A stretch of 64,000 bases of DNA from Bacilli bacterium (lineage in GTDB: Bacteria; Bacillota_I; Bacilli_A; ML615J-28; CAG-698). The notes under the pieces were generated by a model, which was not told the DNA's origin, made no database searches, and was given only the letters and a program-made list of their open reading frames with translations. The DNA lies in contig CAKJYW010000012.1 in the NCBI GenBank assembly GCA_918272565.1, positions 12,162-76,161 on the forward strand, given 5' to 3'. The position numbers and the translations under genes were made by a program. Shown piece after piece: positions 1 to 9,052 of this stretch; positions within the stretch are counted from its first letter, which is position 1, and every line of letters begins with the position of its first letter.

Positions 1-8
1 AAATAGAC

Positions 9-458
9 ATGGAAAAGAAAATCATCGCAAGAAATAAGAAAGCTCAGCATGAATATTTTATACTTGATACACTAGAATGTGGAATCGTTCTAACAGGTAC
101 TGAGATAAAATCAATTAGAATGGGAAAAGTTTCCATCCAAGAAGCTTATTGTCAAGTTAAGGATGATAAGATGTATATTTATAATATGGATATTAGTAAA
201 TATACTTTAGGGACTTTATATAATCACAAAGAAAAACGTGATAGAATTCTCCTTTTACACAAAAAAGAAATTAGAAAATACGCACAAAAAGTTAAGCTAG
301 AAGGACTAACTATAGTTCCTTTAAGCCTTTATTTTAAAGAAGGATTAGTTAAAGTAGAGATTGCTTTAGCTAAGGGTAAGAAAAATTATGATAAGCGCGA
401 AGATTTAAAGCAAGAAGCGCTTAATAATGACAAAAAGAAAGCATTAAAAAACTATTAA
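9..458 (+). CDS. smpB: SsrA-binding protein SmpB
   Basis: 149-aa ORF with the typical SmpB length and Lys-rich C-terminal tail; lies immediately upstream of a tmRNA gene (conserved smpB-ssrA linkage). Confidence 0.9.
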   Translation: MEKKIIARNKKAQHEYFILDTLECGIVLTGTEIKSIRMGKVSIQEAYCQVKDDKMYIYNMDISKYTLGTLYNHKEKRDRILLLHKKEIRKYAQKVKLEGLTIVPLSLYFKEGLVKVEIALAKGKKNYDKREDLKQEALNNDKKKALKNY

Positions 459-480
459 GATTTATCTTAATAGTTAATAT

Positions 481-832
481 GGGCTAGTTTATGGATTCGA
501 TTGGCTATTTGATCTTTTATAAGCATGCCGTTGTTGCGAACGTTAAAACGCCGAGGTTTTTTAAATAACCGGAAACACAAATTTTGCATTTGCTTGCTAG
601 TTTTTGCGAGCGCTCTTGTTAGTGTTATCTCTTAGGGCACTAATAAAGGGCTTTAAGTCACTAGGGGTTGCATACTTTGAGTGCCTTGGCAAGGTGTGTG
701 AAATCTAAAGGATAGGCACTAGTAGATTGCTTGTTTCATGCTAGTGTACGAACTAAAGATAATAGGATAAGCATGTAGAAGTTAGAAGTGATTGTAGTTA
801 AGACCCGGGTTCAAATCCCGGCTAGTCCACCA
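481..832 (+). ncRNA. ssrA: tmRNA (ssrA), transfer-messenger RNA
   Basis: 5' GGGCUAG pairs with 3' CUAGUCC-A-CCA (positions 820-832), a tRNA-Ala-like acceptor stem with a G3:U70 wobble. T-arm GGGTTCAAATCCC lies just before the 3' strand. An internal short ORF ends in ...AAT TTT GCA TTT GCT TGC TAG (NFAFAC-stop, Mollicutes-like FAFA tag ending). Position directly after smpB. Confidence 0.8.
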
Positions 833-881
833 TATTGAAATGTTTAAAGGGCCTTTGAAAAATATTGGGGTCCTATTGAAA

Positions 882-917
882 AGTCGTGTTGACAAACGTC
901 AGCACGACTCTTTTTTT
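882..917 (+). terminator. rho-independent terminator after tmRNA
   Basis: Stem AGTCGTG / CACGACT with an 8-nt loop followed by a T7 run. Confidence 0.7.
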
Positions 918-1127
918 GCTACGTCTTTTTTGTTATTTTCGATCTAATATCCCTATTGTTGAAATATTATTGTATAATTGAGTCATTTTTTTCTGTGAAT
1001 CAAGAAAATGAGGTCGACCCCAATATTTTACATAGGTATACTCCGACCCCAATATATTTCATATATTCTGTTTAAAATGATACAAGGAATTGTGTCATTT
1101 TTTTTATAATACAGTGATACAAATATG

Positions 1128-1142
1128 TTGCATAAATTGCAA
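1128..1142. promoter_or_regulatory. palindromic operator-like site TTGCA-N5-TGCAA upstream of XRE regulator gene
   Basis: Perfect inverted repeat TTGCATAAATTGCAA located about 30 bp upstream of the start of the 1175 HTH gene. Confidence 0.35.
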
Positions 1143-1174
1143 TGTAATGATATAATTATTAAAAGAGGTGCGTT

Positions 1175-1486
1175 ATGAAAAAATTAGATAAGATTGTAGA
1201 TGTATATAATAAAACAGAATTAAAACTACTTGATATTAAAGGACAAGAATTTTGGTTAAGATCAAAGATTGTTATGCAATTTATTTATTTAAGAGAAAAG
1301 AAAGGCTACACTCAACAAGAAATAGCTTCTAAGATGGGAGTAATGCGTCAACAAATCACTAGATTTGAAAATATGAGTAATTCTCCAACTATTTTCTTTT
1401 TAGTTAAATATGCAAATGCACTTGATACTGAACTTGATGTTATATTAAAAGGGGTTAATCTTGTTGAACTTTCAAACAATAAATAA
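1175..1486 (+). CDS. XRE-family helix-turn-helix transcriptional regulator
   Basis: HTH signature YTQQEIASKMGVMRQQITRFEN; 103 aa; RBS AAAGAGG upstream. Confidence 0.7.
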   Translation: MKKLDKIVDVYNKTELKLLDIKGQEFWLRSKIVMQFIYLREKKGYTQQEIASKMGVMRQQITRFENMSNSPTIFFLVKYANALDTELDVILKGVNLVELSNNK

Positions 1487-1515
1487 TTTATATAAAGATA
1501 ATAGAGGAAACATTA

Positions 1516-2475
1516 ATGGCAAATAATGGATATAATATAATGAAATTAAATGACGAAACTATTAAATCAATGATTTATGTTGTACGTGGTCAAAAGGTTA
1601 TGCTAGATTTTGAGTTGGCTAAAATATATGGATATGAAACTAGATATTTTAATAGGCAAGTTAATAATAATAATGACAGGTTTCCAAGTGAATTTAGGTT
1701 TCAACTTACAAAGAAAGAGGTAGAGGAATTGGTGAGGTGCAAAAATTTCACCTCACGAAGTTGGGAACATTCCAATGAAGGTGGAAGAAGATATCTTCCA
1801 TATGCATTTACTGAGCAAGGAATTTATATGCTGATGACTGTATTAAAGGGAGACTTAGCCGTGAGGCAAAGTATAGCTTTAATTAAGGCTTTCAAGCAAA
1901 TGAAGGATTACTTAATTGAAAACAAAGGTTTGTTAACTACTGATGAGACAATAAAATTAGCTAATCTTGTTAATGAACACTCAAATAGACTTGATAAAAT
2001 TGAAGAGAAACTTGAAGTTGTAATGGATAGTTTTGATGATCCATCTAAGTATAAACATTATTTAATTAGAAATGGCGAGAAGTTAGAAGCAGATGTTGCT
2101 TATCAAGAAATCTATAAGTTAGCAAAAAAATCTATCTATATTATTGATGATTATATAAATGTTAAAACATTACAATTATTAAAAGTTTGTAATTCAAATA
2201 TTAATATCATTATAATTAGTGATAATAAAGCTAGAAATAATATTAATAATAATTATTTAGATGATTTTAAACATGATATGGGATTTGATATAAAAATAAA
2301 ACAAAACAATAATAAATTTCATGATCGATATATTATTATAGATTATAATACTGATGATTACAAAATATTTCATTGTGGTGCATCGAGTAAAGATTCAGGT
2401 AAAAGTATTAATACAATAATTGAAATAAAAGAAAAAGAATTGTATATCCCACTAGTTGAAAAAGTATTAAGATGA
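1516..2475 (+). CDS. ORF6N (KilA-N-like) domain protein with Asn-rich C-terminal extension
   Basis: N-terminal VRGQKVMLDFELAKIYGYETRYFNRQVNNNNDRFPSEFRFQLTKKE matches the ORF6N domain signature (IRGQKVMLDxDLAxLYGVETKxLNxxVKRNxERFPxDFMFQLT). C-terminal 120 aa are N/I-rich and contain HDRYIIID...GASS. Confidence 0.6.
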   Translation: MANNGYNIMKLNDETIKSMIYVVRGQKVMLDFELAKIYGYETRYFNRQVNNNNDRFPSEFRFQLTKKEVEELVRCKNFTSRSWEHSNEGGRRYLPYAFTEQGIYMLMTVLKGDLAVRQSIALIKAFKQMKDYLIENKGLLTTDETIKLANLVNEHSNRLDKIEEKLEVVMDSFDDPSKYKHYLIRNGEKLEADVAYQEIYKLAKKSIYIIDDYINVKTLQLLKVCNSNINIIIISDNKARNNINNNYLDDFKHDMGFDIKIKQNNNKFHDRYIIIDYNTDDYKIFHCGASSKDSGKSINTIIEIKEKELYIPLVEKVLR

Positions 2476-2610
2476 TTTTCTTTACTGTTTTGTATTGAAA
2501 AAGGCGCAATGTTAGTGATTCTCAGTTTGGTTTAGCAAGAGTCATCAAATGCGTTATGGATTAATATTAGATAATAGTTCATAATATTGGTGTAAAGGAG
2601 AGTTATTTGT

Positions 2611-3630
2611 ATGAATATTGGGTTAATAATTAGAAAACTAAGAGTTAGTAAAAAAATGTCACAAGAAGAATTAGCGGTTCAGTTAGGAGTTTCACCTCAA
2701 GCAGTTTCTAGATGGGAGAATGGAGTTACTTATCCAGATATTTCATTGTTATCTAGTATTGCCCTATTGTTTAATGTCACTATTGATTATTTATTATGTG
2801 GTGATGAGAATCTAATTAATAAGCAAATTGATGAAGCTATAGAAGAAGCAGATAAAGTACTTAAAGATAGTAATCATACTGATTATCTAAAACCACTAGA
2901 GATTGTAAGGGAGTTATTGGCGAAATATCCTAATAATGAAAGATTGATTATTGAAACTTTGCATAGAATAACTCAATATGCTAACGAAATAGAAGGCTAT
3001 GATTATTCAGCAGCAATTAAGTTATGTGAAAGAATTCTTAACATTTCTAAAGATGATGTTTATAGAGAAGAAGCAAAGATAATCATGCTTGATTGCTATG
3101 TAAAAGTAGGATTGATAGAAAAAGCTATAGAGGTAATGGATTCTATTCCAGCTACACTAAATCGCTACCAATTAAAAATGAGAATATTTGGTGAAAAGAC
3201 ACCAGAGTTTAAGGAAGCAAACAAAAAGAATACAGGACATTTATTACTACAGCTTATAGACTCGCTTTTGTCTGAAATTCAATATAATATTGATAATTCA
3301 TCAGAAGAGGAATTAATGAGTAAGTTAATTAATCTTTTAAAAATATATGAAGGTGTATATGGTGATGAGTGGATTGATTCTAAGTATTCTATCGATGCAA
3401 GTCATATTTATATAAAGATAATACAAAAGTGTATTAGAGTCGGTAATTTAGAGAAGGCGTTTGAATATTTTGAAAAGTTAGTTAATTATATTATTTCTTA
3501 TGATAAAAAAAATCCAGAACTTTATAGAAAAAAATATATAAAGAATTTATTTAAATCGAACAAGTTTTATTTAAAGTTGGAAGAATTTAATAGTGATAAG
3601 TATAATGAACTAATGAAAATGTTAGAGTAG
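2611..3630 (+). CDS. XRE-HTH transcriptional regulator with C-terminal TPR-like (RNPP/Rgg-type) domain
   Basis: N-terminal IRKLRVSKKMSQEELAVQLGVSPQAVSRWENG HTH; about 270 aa helical-repeat C-terminus typical of peptide-sensing RNPP regulators. Confidence 0.65.
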   Translation: MNIGLIIRKLRVSKKMSQEELAVQLGVSPQAVSRWENGVTYPDISLLSSIALLFNVTIDYLLCGDENLINKQIDEAIEEADKVLKDSNHTDYLKPLEIVRELLAKYPNNERLIIETLHRITQYANEIEGYDYSAAIKLCERILNISKDDVYREEAKIIMLDCYVKVGLIEKAIEVMDSIPATLNRYQLKMRIFGEKTPEFKEANKKNTGHLLLQLIDSLLSEIQYNIDNSSEEELMSKLINLLKIYEGVYGDEWIDSKYSIDASHIYIKIIQKCIRVGNLEKAFEYFEKLVNYIISYDKKNPELYRKKYIKNLFKSNKFYLKLEEFNSDKYNELMKMLE

Positions 3631-3702
3631 AAAGTGTACTTACATAGTTAGGTGTACACATTTGTATCCTTATTGGACACACAACACATATTGAAACAAT
3701 AG

Positions 3703-3731
3703 GACTGATACAAAAAGTATTGGTCCTTTTT
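3703..3731 (+). terminator. rho-independent terminator
   Basis: AGGAC-(17 nt)-GTCCT hairpin followed by TTTTT. Confidence 0.55.
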
Positions 3732-3923
3732 GCTTTAATTGGAAATTATTATTCATGAAGCATCATAAATGCTATAATAGTGCTGCTTTTTTTAAATTAT
3801 CGTTAGATCCTATTGGACACTTTGGTTATAAAAATAAAAAGTGTCCAGTATGGCTAGACAAAATTATTGATTTTTTGAAAACTGTATAGTATAATATAAG
3901 CAGATGAACATGGAGGTGACTTT

Positions 3924-5105
3924 ATGATTATTAGAGAAAAATACTTAAAAGTTATTAGAGAATTTTATGATAGCGATTTGATTAAGGTAATAACAGGCAT
4001 CAGAAGAAGTGGAAAATCTGTTATTTTAGAAACAATAATAAATGAGATAAAAGAAAAAACTGATAATATTATTTTTCTTAATTTTGAGAAAACAACTGAT
4101 TTTGCAAAAGCAAGTAGTGCTAAAGAGTTAGTTGATTATGTAAAGAAAAATAGAAAAGATGGGAAATGTTATTGTTTCTTTGATGAGATTCAAGATATTG
4201 ATGATTGGCAAGTCGCAGTAAAAGATTTAAGACTAGATAATTGCTCAGTCTTTATCACTGGGTCAAACTCTAAATTGTTATCGAGTGAGTTTTTAGTCTT
4301 GCTTAGCGGACGTTTCGTTTCATTTAGGATTAGACCTTTTATCTTTAAAGAAATTAAAAAATATGCAAGCGAATTAGGAATAGATATAAATGTTACTGAT
4401 TATTTAATATGGGGTGGATTTCCAGGAAGATTTAATAATGTAACTTTAGAAGGAACTAAAGCATACTTATCTGATTTAGAAAGTACAATTGTTGTTAATG
4501 ACTTAATTAAAAGGTACAAGATTAGAAAGGAAGTAGCATTTAAGAAAATAGTAAATTATATTTTGTGCAGTAATTCTAGAATTTTCTCTATTAGATCAAT
4601 TCATAAATATATGAAAAATGATTTTCCTGAATTATCAATAATGACAGTCACAAAATTTATAGAATACTTGAAGGAAGCATATATTATTGATGAAATCCCT
4701 CAGTATTCAACTAAAACAAAAAGAGAACTTCAATATTATGGAAAAATATATAATTCAGATGTATGTTTCAATTCATTAAGAGCAAACAACAATAGATATG
4801 ACTTAGATCATAATTTAGAAAACGTTGTTTATAATGAACTTCTATATATGGGGTATGAATTAAAAGTATTTAATAATAAAGGGAAAGAGATTGATTTTTT
4901 AGCAAATAAAAACGGAAAAACTTATTTAATCCAAGTCGCATATAGTGTTGTTGATGAAAAAGCTTATGACAGAGAATTTGGTGCATTTGCCGATTTAGAT
5001 AATAGTAATCAAAAAATATTAATAACAAATGATGTTGTAGATTACTCATCATCGACTGTAAGGCATATAAAATTAGAAGATTTCCTAATGCTAGAGGAAC
5101 TATAA
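3924..5105 (+). CDS. AAA-family ATPase with C-terminal DUF4143 domain
   Basis: Walker A GIRRSGKS, Walker B CFFDEIQ; C-terminal region with the DUF4143-type pattern (IDFL...IQVAYS...DREF). Confidence 0.8.
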   Translation: MIIREKYLKVIREFYDSDLIKVITGIRRSGKSVILETIINEIKEKTDNIIFLNFEKTTDFAKASSAKELVDYVKKNRKDGKCYCFFDEIQDIDDWQVAVKDLRLDNCSVFITGSNSKLLSSEFLVLLSGRFVSFRIRPFIFKEIKKYASELGIDINVTDYLIWGGFPGRFNNVTLEGTKAYLSDLESTIVVNDLIKRYKIRKEVAFKKIVNYILCSNSRIFSIRSIHKYMKNDFPELSIMTVTKFIEYLKEAYIIDEIPQYSTKTKRELQYYGKIYNSDVCFNSLRANNNRYDLDHNLENVVYNELLYMGYELKVFNNKGKEIDFLANKNGKTYLIQVAYSVVDEKAYDREFGAFADLDNSNQKILITNDVVDYSSSTVRHIKLEDFLMLEEL

Positions 5106-5185
5106 AAGAAAGTAAAATCGATTAGATTTGCAAATAAGGAAGGTTTATAAGGTAATTATATTTACATTATTTTAGGAGAAATAAT

Positions 5186-5974
5186 ATGAACTATATTGAA
5201 GAATTTTACAATAATATAGATGAAGAAAATAGACTAATGTCTTTACATGGACAGGTTGAGTATCTAACAACAATGAAATACATTCATGAATGTATTTCAT
5301 GTCTTAAAGATCCTAAGATACTAGAAGTAGGTGCAGGTACTGGTAGATACTGCATTAATCTTTCAAAGGATGGATATTCAGTTACAGCTGTTGAGTTAGT
5401 AAAGCATAATTTAGATATTTTAAGATCAAAGCTTGATGGTAGTGAACCAATTAAAGCTTTACAAGGTAATGCTTTAGATTTAAATATGTTACCAGATAAA
5501 TCATTTGATATCACAATGCTTTTAGGTCCGATGTATCATCTTTATACAATAGAAGATAAAATACAAGCTTTATCAGAAGCAGTACGTGTTACTAAGCCTG
5601 GTGGTTATATTTTAGTTGCTTATTGTATGAATGAACCAACAATCATTCAGCATGTATTTTTAGGTAATCATCTTAAAGATATTATGGAAACTAATAATTT
5701 ACTAACTGATGATTGGCATTGTAAGAGTGAACCAAAAGAAGTATTTGATCTTGTAAGAATAGAAGATATAGAACAACTTAATTCTAAGTTTCCTATAGAG
5801 AGAATAAAACTTATCGCTACCGATGGTGCAAGTCATTATATAAGAGATGCTATAGATAAAATGGATGAATATACTTTTAGTAAGTGGATGGAGTATCACT
5901 TTGCAACATGTGAGCGTCAAGATTTGATTGGAGCATCCAATCATACTTTAGATATTTTAAAAGTTAAAAAATAA
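5186..5974 (+). CDS. class I SAM-dependent methyltransferase
   Basis: Motif I ILEVGAGTGRY, acidic motif II TAVEL, motif post-I/III DITMLL...GGYILVAY. Confidence 0.75.
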   Translation: MNYIEEFYNNIDEENRLMSLHGQVEYLTTMKYIHECISCLKDPKILEVGAGTGRYCINLSKDGYSVTAVELVKHNLDILRSKLDGSEPIKALQGNALDLNMLPDKSFDITMLLGPMYHLYTIEDKIQALSEAVRVTKPGGYILVAYCMNEPTIIQHVFLGNHLKDIMETNNLLTDDWHCKSEPKEVFDLVRIEDIEQLNSKFPIERIKLIATDGASHYIRDAIDKMDEYTFSKWMEYHFATCERQDLIGASNHTLDILKVKK

Positions 5975-6307
5975 AATCCTACATATTGATGGTTGTATTA
6001 TAATAGTATAAGCGACACATATAAAAATAATTGCATTGATACTATAGCAAATGTTATTTGCTTTTGTATCAGTGCATTTTTTAATGATTTAGGGCATTTT
6101 TACCCTATTTTTTTGTTATTTAGAGATTATGTTAAAAGTCAAATTATAAGAAAATGTGTCCTAAATGTGAAAACCAAATACTTTTTTTCTTAAGGGCTAT
6201 TTAAAAGCTTTCTCAATAGGTTTCTTTATATAGACAAAATTATAGACATTTATCTGGACAAAAATGTTTTATTGTGATATAATATAAATAGATTGGAGGT
6301 CTATAAA

Positions 6308-7633
6308 ATGAAAATTGGAGAGGAAAATGAAATTCTTGAATTTAAAAAAACAACTGGGGAATTGAAAGATGCAATGGATGATATCAGTGCATTATTAAAC
6401 AAGCATTGTAAAGGAACTGTATATTTTGGAGTTACTGATGAAGGAATAGTTAAAGGACAACAAATTACTGATTCTACAAAAAAAGATGTATCTAGAAAGA
6501 TTAACGAAGCTATAGAACCAAGAATCACGCCAACAATAGAAAAAATAGTGCTAGATAACAAAGATGTTATAAAAGTAACTTTTTATGGACACAATAGACC
6601 TTATTCGTCTTATGGAAAGTATTGGATCAGAGAAGGCAGCGTAAGTAGAAAAATGTCGCCAGATGAATTGAAAAGATTAATTAAAAACGAAGATTATTCA
6701 TCTAAGTGGGAACAAGAATTAACTGATAAGACTATAAATGATATTGATAATGAGACATTACTTGATTTCTATAATTCTTCAAAAGCGTGTGGAAGATTAG
6801 AGATGAAAGAATATGATAAAGAAAAATTACTTGCTATGTTGGGTGTTATTAAAGAAGGGAAAATAAATAATGCTGGATATACTTTATTTGGTAGTGATGC
6901 AAAGATAGGATTAAAACTCGCTACATACGCCACTGACAATAAGGTCACTTTCTTAGATTTGAAATTAATTAATGGCAATGTATATAATCTTGTCGGTGTA
7001 GCACTAGACTACATATTAAGCAAGATTAATTGGAGAGTAGAAATTGGATCTAGAAAAAGAGATGAAATTCCTGAAATACCAGAAAAAGCTATAAGAGAAA
7101 TAATAGTGAATGCATTTGCTCATGCAGATTATGATGTAGTTCCAGAAATAGAAATAGGCATTCATCCTAACAAAATAGAGATTTATAATCCTGGAACTTT
7201 CCCAGATGATTTAACACCATACGACTTTATTTCAAAAAATCTTTCTTCATATAAGCGTAATAGACTCATTCTAGATATTTTATTTAGAAGTAAAGATGTT
7301 GAAAAATCAGGAACTGGATTTCAGAGAGTAAACGAATTGTGCCTTAAACAAAATGTATCATGGACATTCAGAAAAGAAGCATATGGTTTTTTCTTTGAAT
7401 TTATCAGGACAAATGTCCACTTAAATGTCCAAATAAACGTCCATTTAACTGAACAGGAACAAAGAATATTTAATTTAATAGATAGTAATGATAGAATTAC
7501 TAAAGAAGAATTGGCTGTAAGAATTAATAAATCAGAAAAAACTGTTCAAAGAATTATCTCAAAACTTATTTCATATAATTTTATCGAACGAGTTGGATCT
7601 AATAAGGATGGTTATTGGAAGGTAAAAGAATAA
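6308..7633 (+). CDS. AlbA_2 (Schlafen-like divergent AAA) domain protein with C-terminal winged-HTH (RecG-C-like) domain
   Basis: N-terminal ENEILEFKK...GTVYFGVTDEGIVKG is typical of the AlbA_2 / putative DNA-binding domain; C-terminal TKEELAVRINKSEKTVQRIISKL HTH. ATG at 6308 with GGAGG 8 nt upstream is preferred over the TTG at 6293. Confidence 0.7.
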   Translation: MKIGEENEILEFKKTTGELKDAMDDISALLNKHCKGTVYFGVTDEGIVKGQQITDSTKKDVSRKINEAIEPRITPTIEKIVLDNKDVIKVTFYGHNRPYSSYGKYWIREGSVSRKMSPDELKRLIKNEDYSSKWEQELTDKTINDIDNETLLDFYNSSKACGRLEMKEYDKEKLLAMLGVIKEGKINNAGYTLFGSDAKIGLKLATYATDNKVTFLDLKLINGNVYNLVGVALDYILSKINWRVEIGSRKRDEIPEIPEKAIREIIVNAFAHADYDVVPEIEIGIHPNKIEIYNPGTFPDDLTPYDFISKNLSSYKRNRLILDILFRSKDVEKSGTGFQRVNELCLKQNVSWTFRKEAYGFFFEFIRTNVHLNVQINVHLTEQEQRIFNLIDSNDRITKEELAVRINKSEKTVQRIISKLISYNFIERVGSNKDGYWKVKE

Positions 7634-7769
7634 AGATGTCTTTATTATTATTTATTGATGTAACTACGTTGATGTAGTTTTAATAATTTGTATTATAGAT
7701 AATATCTCAAAGGGATAAAAACTTTTATATTAAGTAATTGTTTATAAAGAATTATGGTGAGGTGAAAAA

Positions 7770-8246
7770 ATGTCAAAAAAAGATGTAATAATTGATTACT
7801 GCAGATATATAAAAGATTCATTTCTTCTATTCACTATTGAAAACTATTTTTCTTCATTTGTAGATAAAAATAGTAATCCTAAATACTATTTTAGAGATAA
7901 TGGAGTTTTAAATTTATTTATTGATGGTAAAAAGACCTCATTATTAGAAAATATTGTTGCAATACATTTATATAGACGTAATTATGAAATGTATTATTTG
8001 AAAGGGAATAAAGTAGATATTGATTTCTATATTCCAGATGATAATACATTAATTCAAGTGGCTTATTCATTAGACGATCAAGATACATATGATAGAGAAG
8101 TATCAAATATGATTAATTATGCCAATGATTCGAAAAAGGAAATGAAACTAATCACAGTTACTTATGATGAAAAGAATACAATCGAAATTGATGGAAAACT
8201 AATTAATGTTATTACGTTAAAGGATTTCTTATTTAATAATTATTAA
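7770..8246 (+). CDS. DUF4143 domain protein (N-terminally truncated paralog of the AAA/DUF4143 ATPase; possible gene remnant)
   Basis: Residues KYYFRDNGVLN...VDIDFYIPDDNTLIQVAYSLDDQDTYDREV align with the C-terminal KIYNSDVCFN...EIDFLANKNGKTYLIQVAYSVVDEKAYDREF of the 3924-5105 product. No P-loop domain is present. Confidence 0.5.
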   Translation: MSKKDVIIDYCRYIKDSFLLFTIENYFSSFVDKNSNPKYYFRDNGVLNLFIDGKKTSLLENIVAIHLYRRNYEMYYLKGNKVDIDFYIPDDNTLIQVAYSLDDQDTYDREVSNMINYANDSKKEMKLITVTYDEKNTIEIDGKLINVITLKDFLFNNY

Positions 8247-8267
8247 TATAAAATAGTGAGGAGCATT

Positions 8268-8762
8268 ATGAAACATATTTTTGAATCTTCTAACATAATT
8301 TTTGTTAATGTTTCAGTAGAATTAGTTGATGATTACTTAATAATGGTTAATGACATCGAACATGTTGATAGGTTTATTGGCGGTGATCATAGAGAATTTA
8401 CCAAAGAAGATGAAATTAAATGGGTAAATAAAAAGATTGAAGCTTCTAGCCTAGTTTATTCAATGATAGAAAAGGCAAGTGGTGCTTTTATTGGTAATAT
8501 CGAATTAATGGATGCAAGTTGCTTAACTGAAAAAGAATTAGGAATAGCCATAACTTATAAAATGCAAGATAAAGGCTATGGAACTGAAGCGATAAAAGCA
8601 ATACTTGATTACGGCTTTAATACCCTAAATCTAGATAAAATCATCCTAAGAACGCGCACTTTTAACAAGAGGGCAATTCATGTCTATAAGAAATGTGGTT
8701 TTAAGGAATATAATAGAGATGATACGCACATTTATATGGAGATTACTAAAGAAAAGAGATAA
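8268..8762 (+). CDS. GNAT family N-acetyltransferase (RimJ/RimL-like)
   Basis: Acetyl-CoA binding motif QDKGYGTEAIKAILDYGF and the downstream ...HVYKKCGFKEY; RBS GTGAGGAG before ATG 8268. Confidence 0.75.
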   Translation: MKHIFESSNIIFVNVSVELVDDYLIMVNDIEHVDRFIGGDHREFTKEDEIKWVNKKIEASSLVYSMIEKASGAFIGNIELMDASCLTEKELGIAITYKMQDKGYGTEAIKAILDYGFNTLNLDKIILRTRTFNKRAIHVYKKCGFKEYNRDDTHIYMEITKEKR

Positions 8763-8764
8763 TT

Positions 8765-9052
8765 ATGGCAAGTTCAAAAGATTATTTAGATTATGTTTTG
8801 GATCTATTAACTAATGTTAACGACATAACTTTCAAAAAGATGATGGGTGAATATCTCCTTTATAAAGATGATATTTTGTTTGGTGGGGTCTATGATAATA
8901 GGTTCTTAGTCAAAAAGACTCCTAGTTTATCTAGTTATGACTTATTAGAAGAAACACCTTATAAGGGCGCAAAGCCAATGTATTTAATAGATAGTGAGAA
9001 TAGAGAATTAATAAAAGAGATTGTTGAAAGAGTAGTTAAGGATTTATCATGA
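8765..9052 (+). CDS. TfoX N-terminal domain protein
   Basis: 95 aa; the FKKMMGEYLLYKDDILFGGVYDNRFLVK pattern resembles the TfoX/Sxy N-terminal domain. Confidence 0.55.
   Translation: MASSKDYLDYVLDLLTNVNDITFKKMMGEYLLYKDDILFGGVYDNRFLVKKTPSLSSYDLLEETPYKGAKPMYLIDSENRELIKEIVERVVKDLS

Noticed and set aside
3755-3889. 44-codon ORF (MKHHKCYNSAAFFKLSLDPIGHFGYKNKKCPVWLDKIIDFLKTV) downstream of the RNPP-like regulator, considered as a pheromone precursor
   Set aside because: No Shine-Dalgarno and no signal peptide or hydrophobic segment. It overlaps the TTGATT-17-TATAAT promoter of the next gene. It is most likely non-coding.
5993-6193. 66-aa ORF in the methyltransferase/AlbA_2 intergenic region
   Set aside because: No RBS, composition biased. 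The region instead contains an extended nested hairpin terminator (6044-6093) and the promoter for the next gene.
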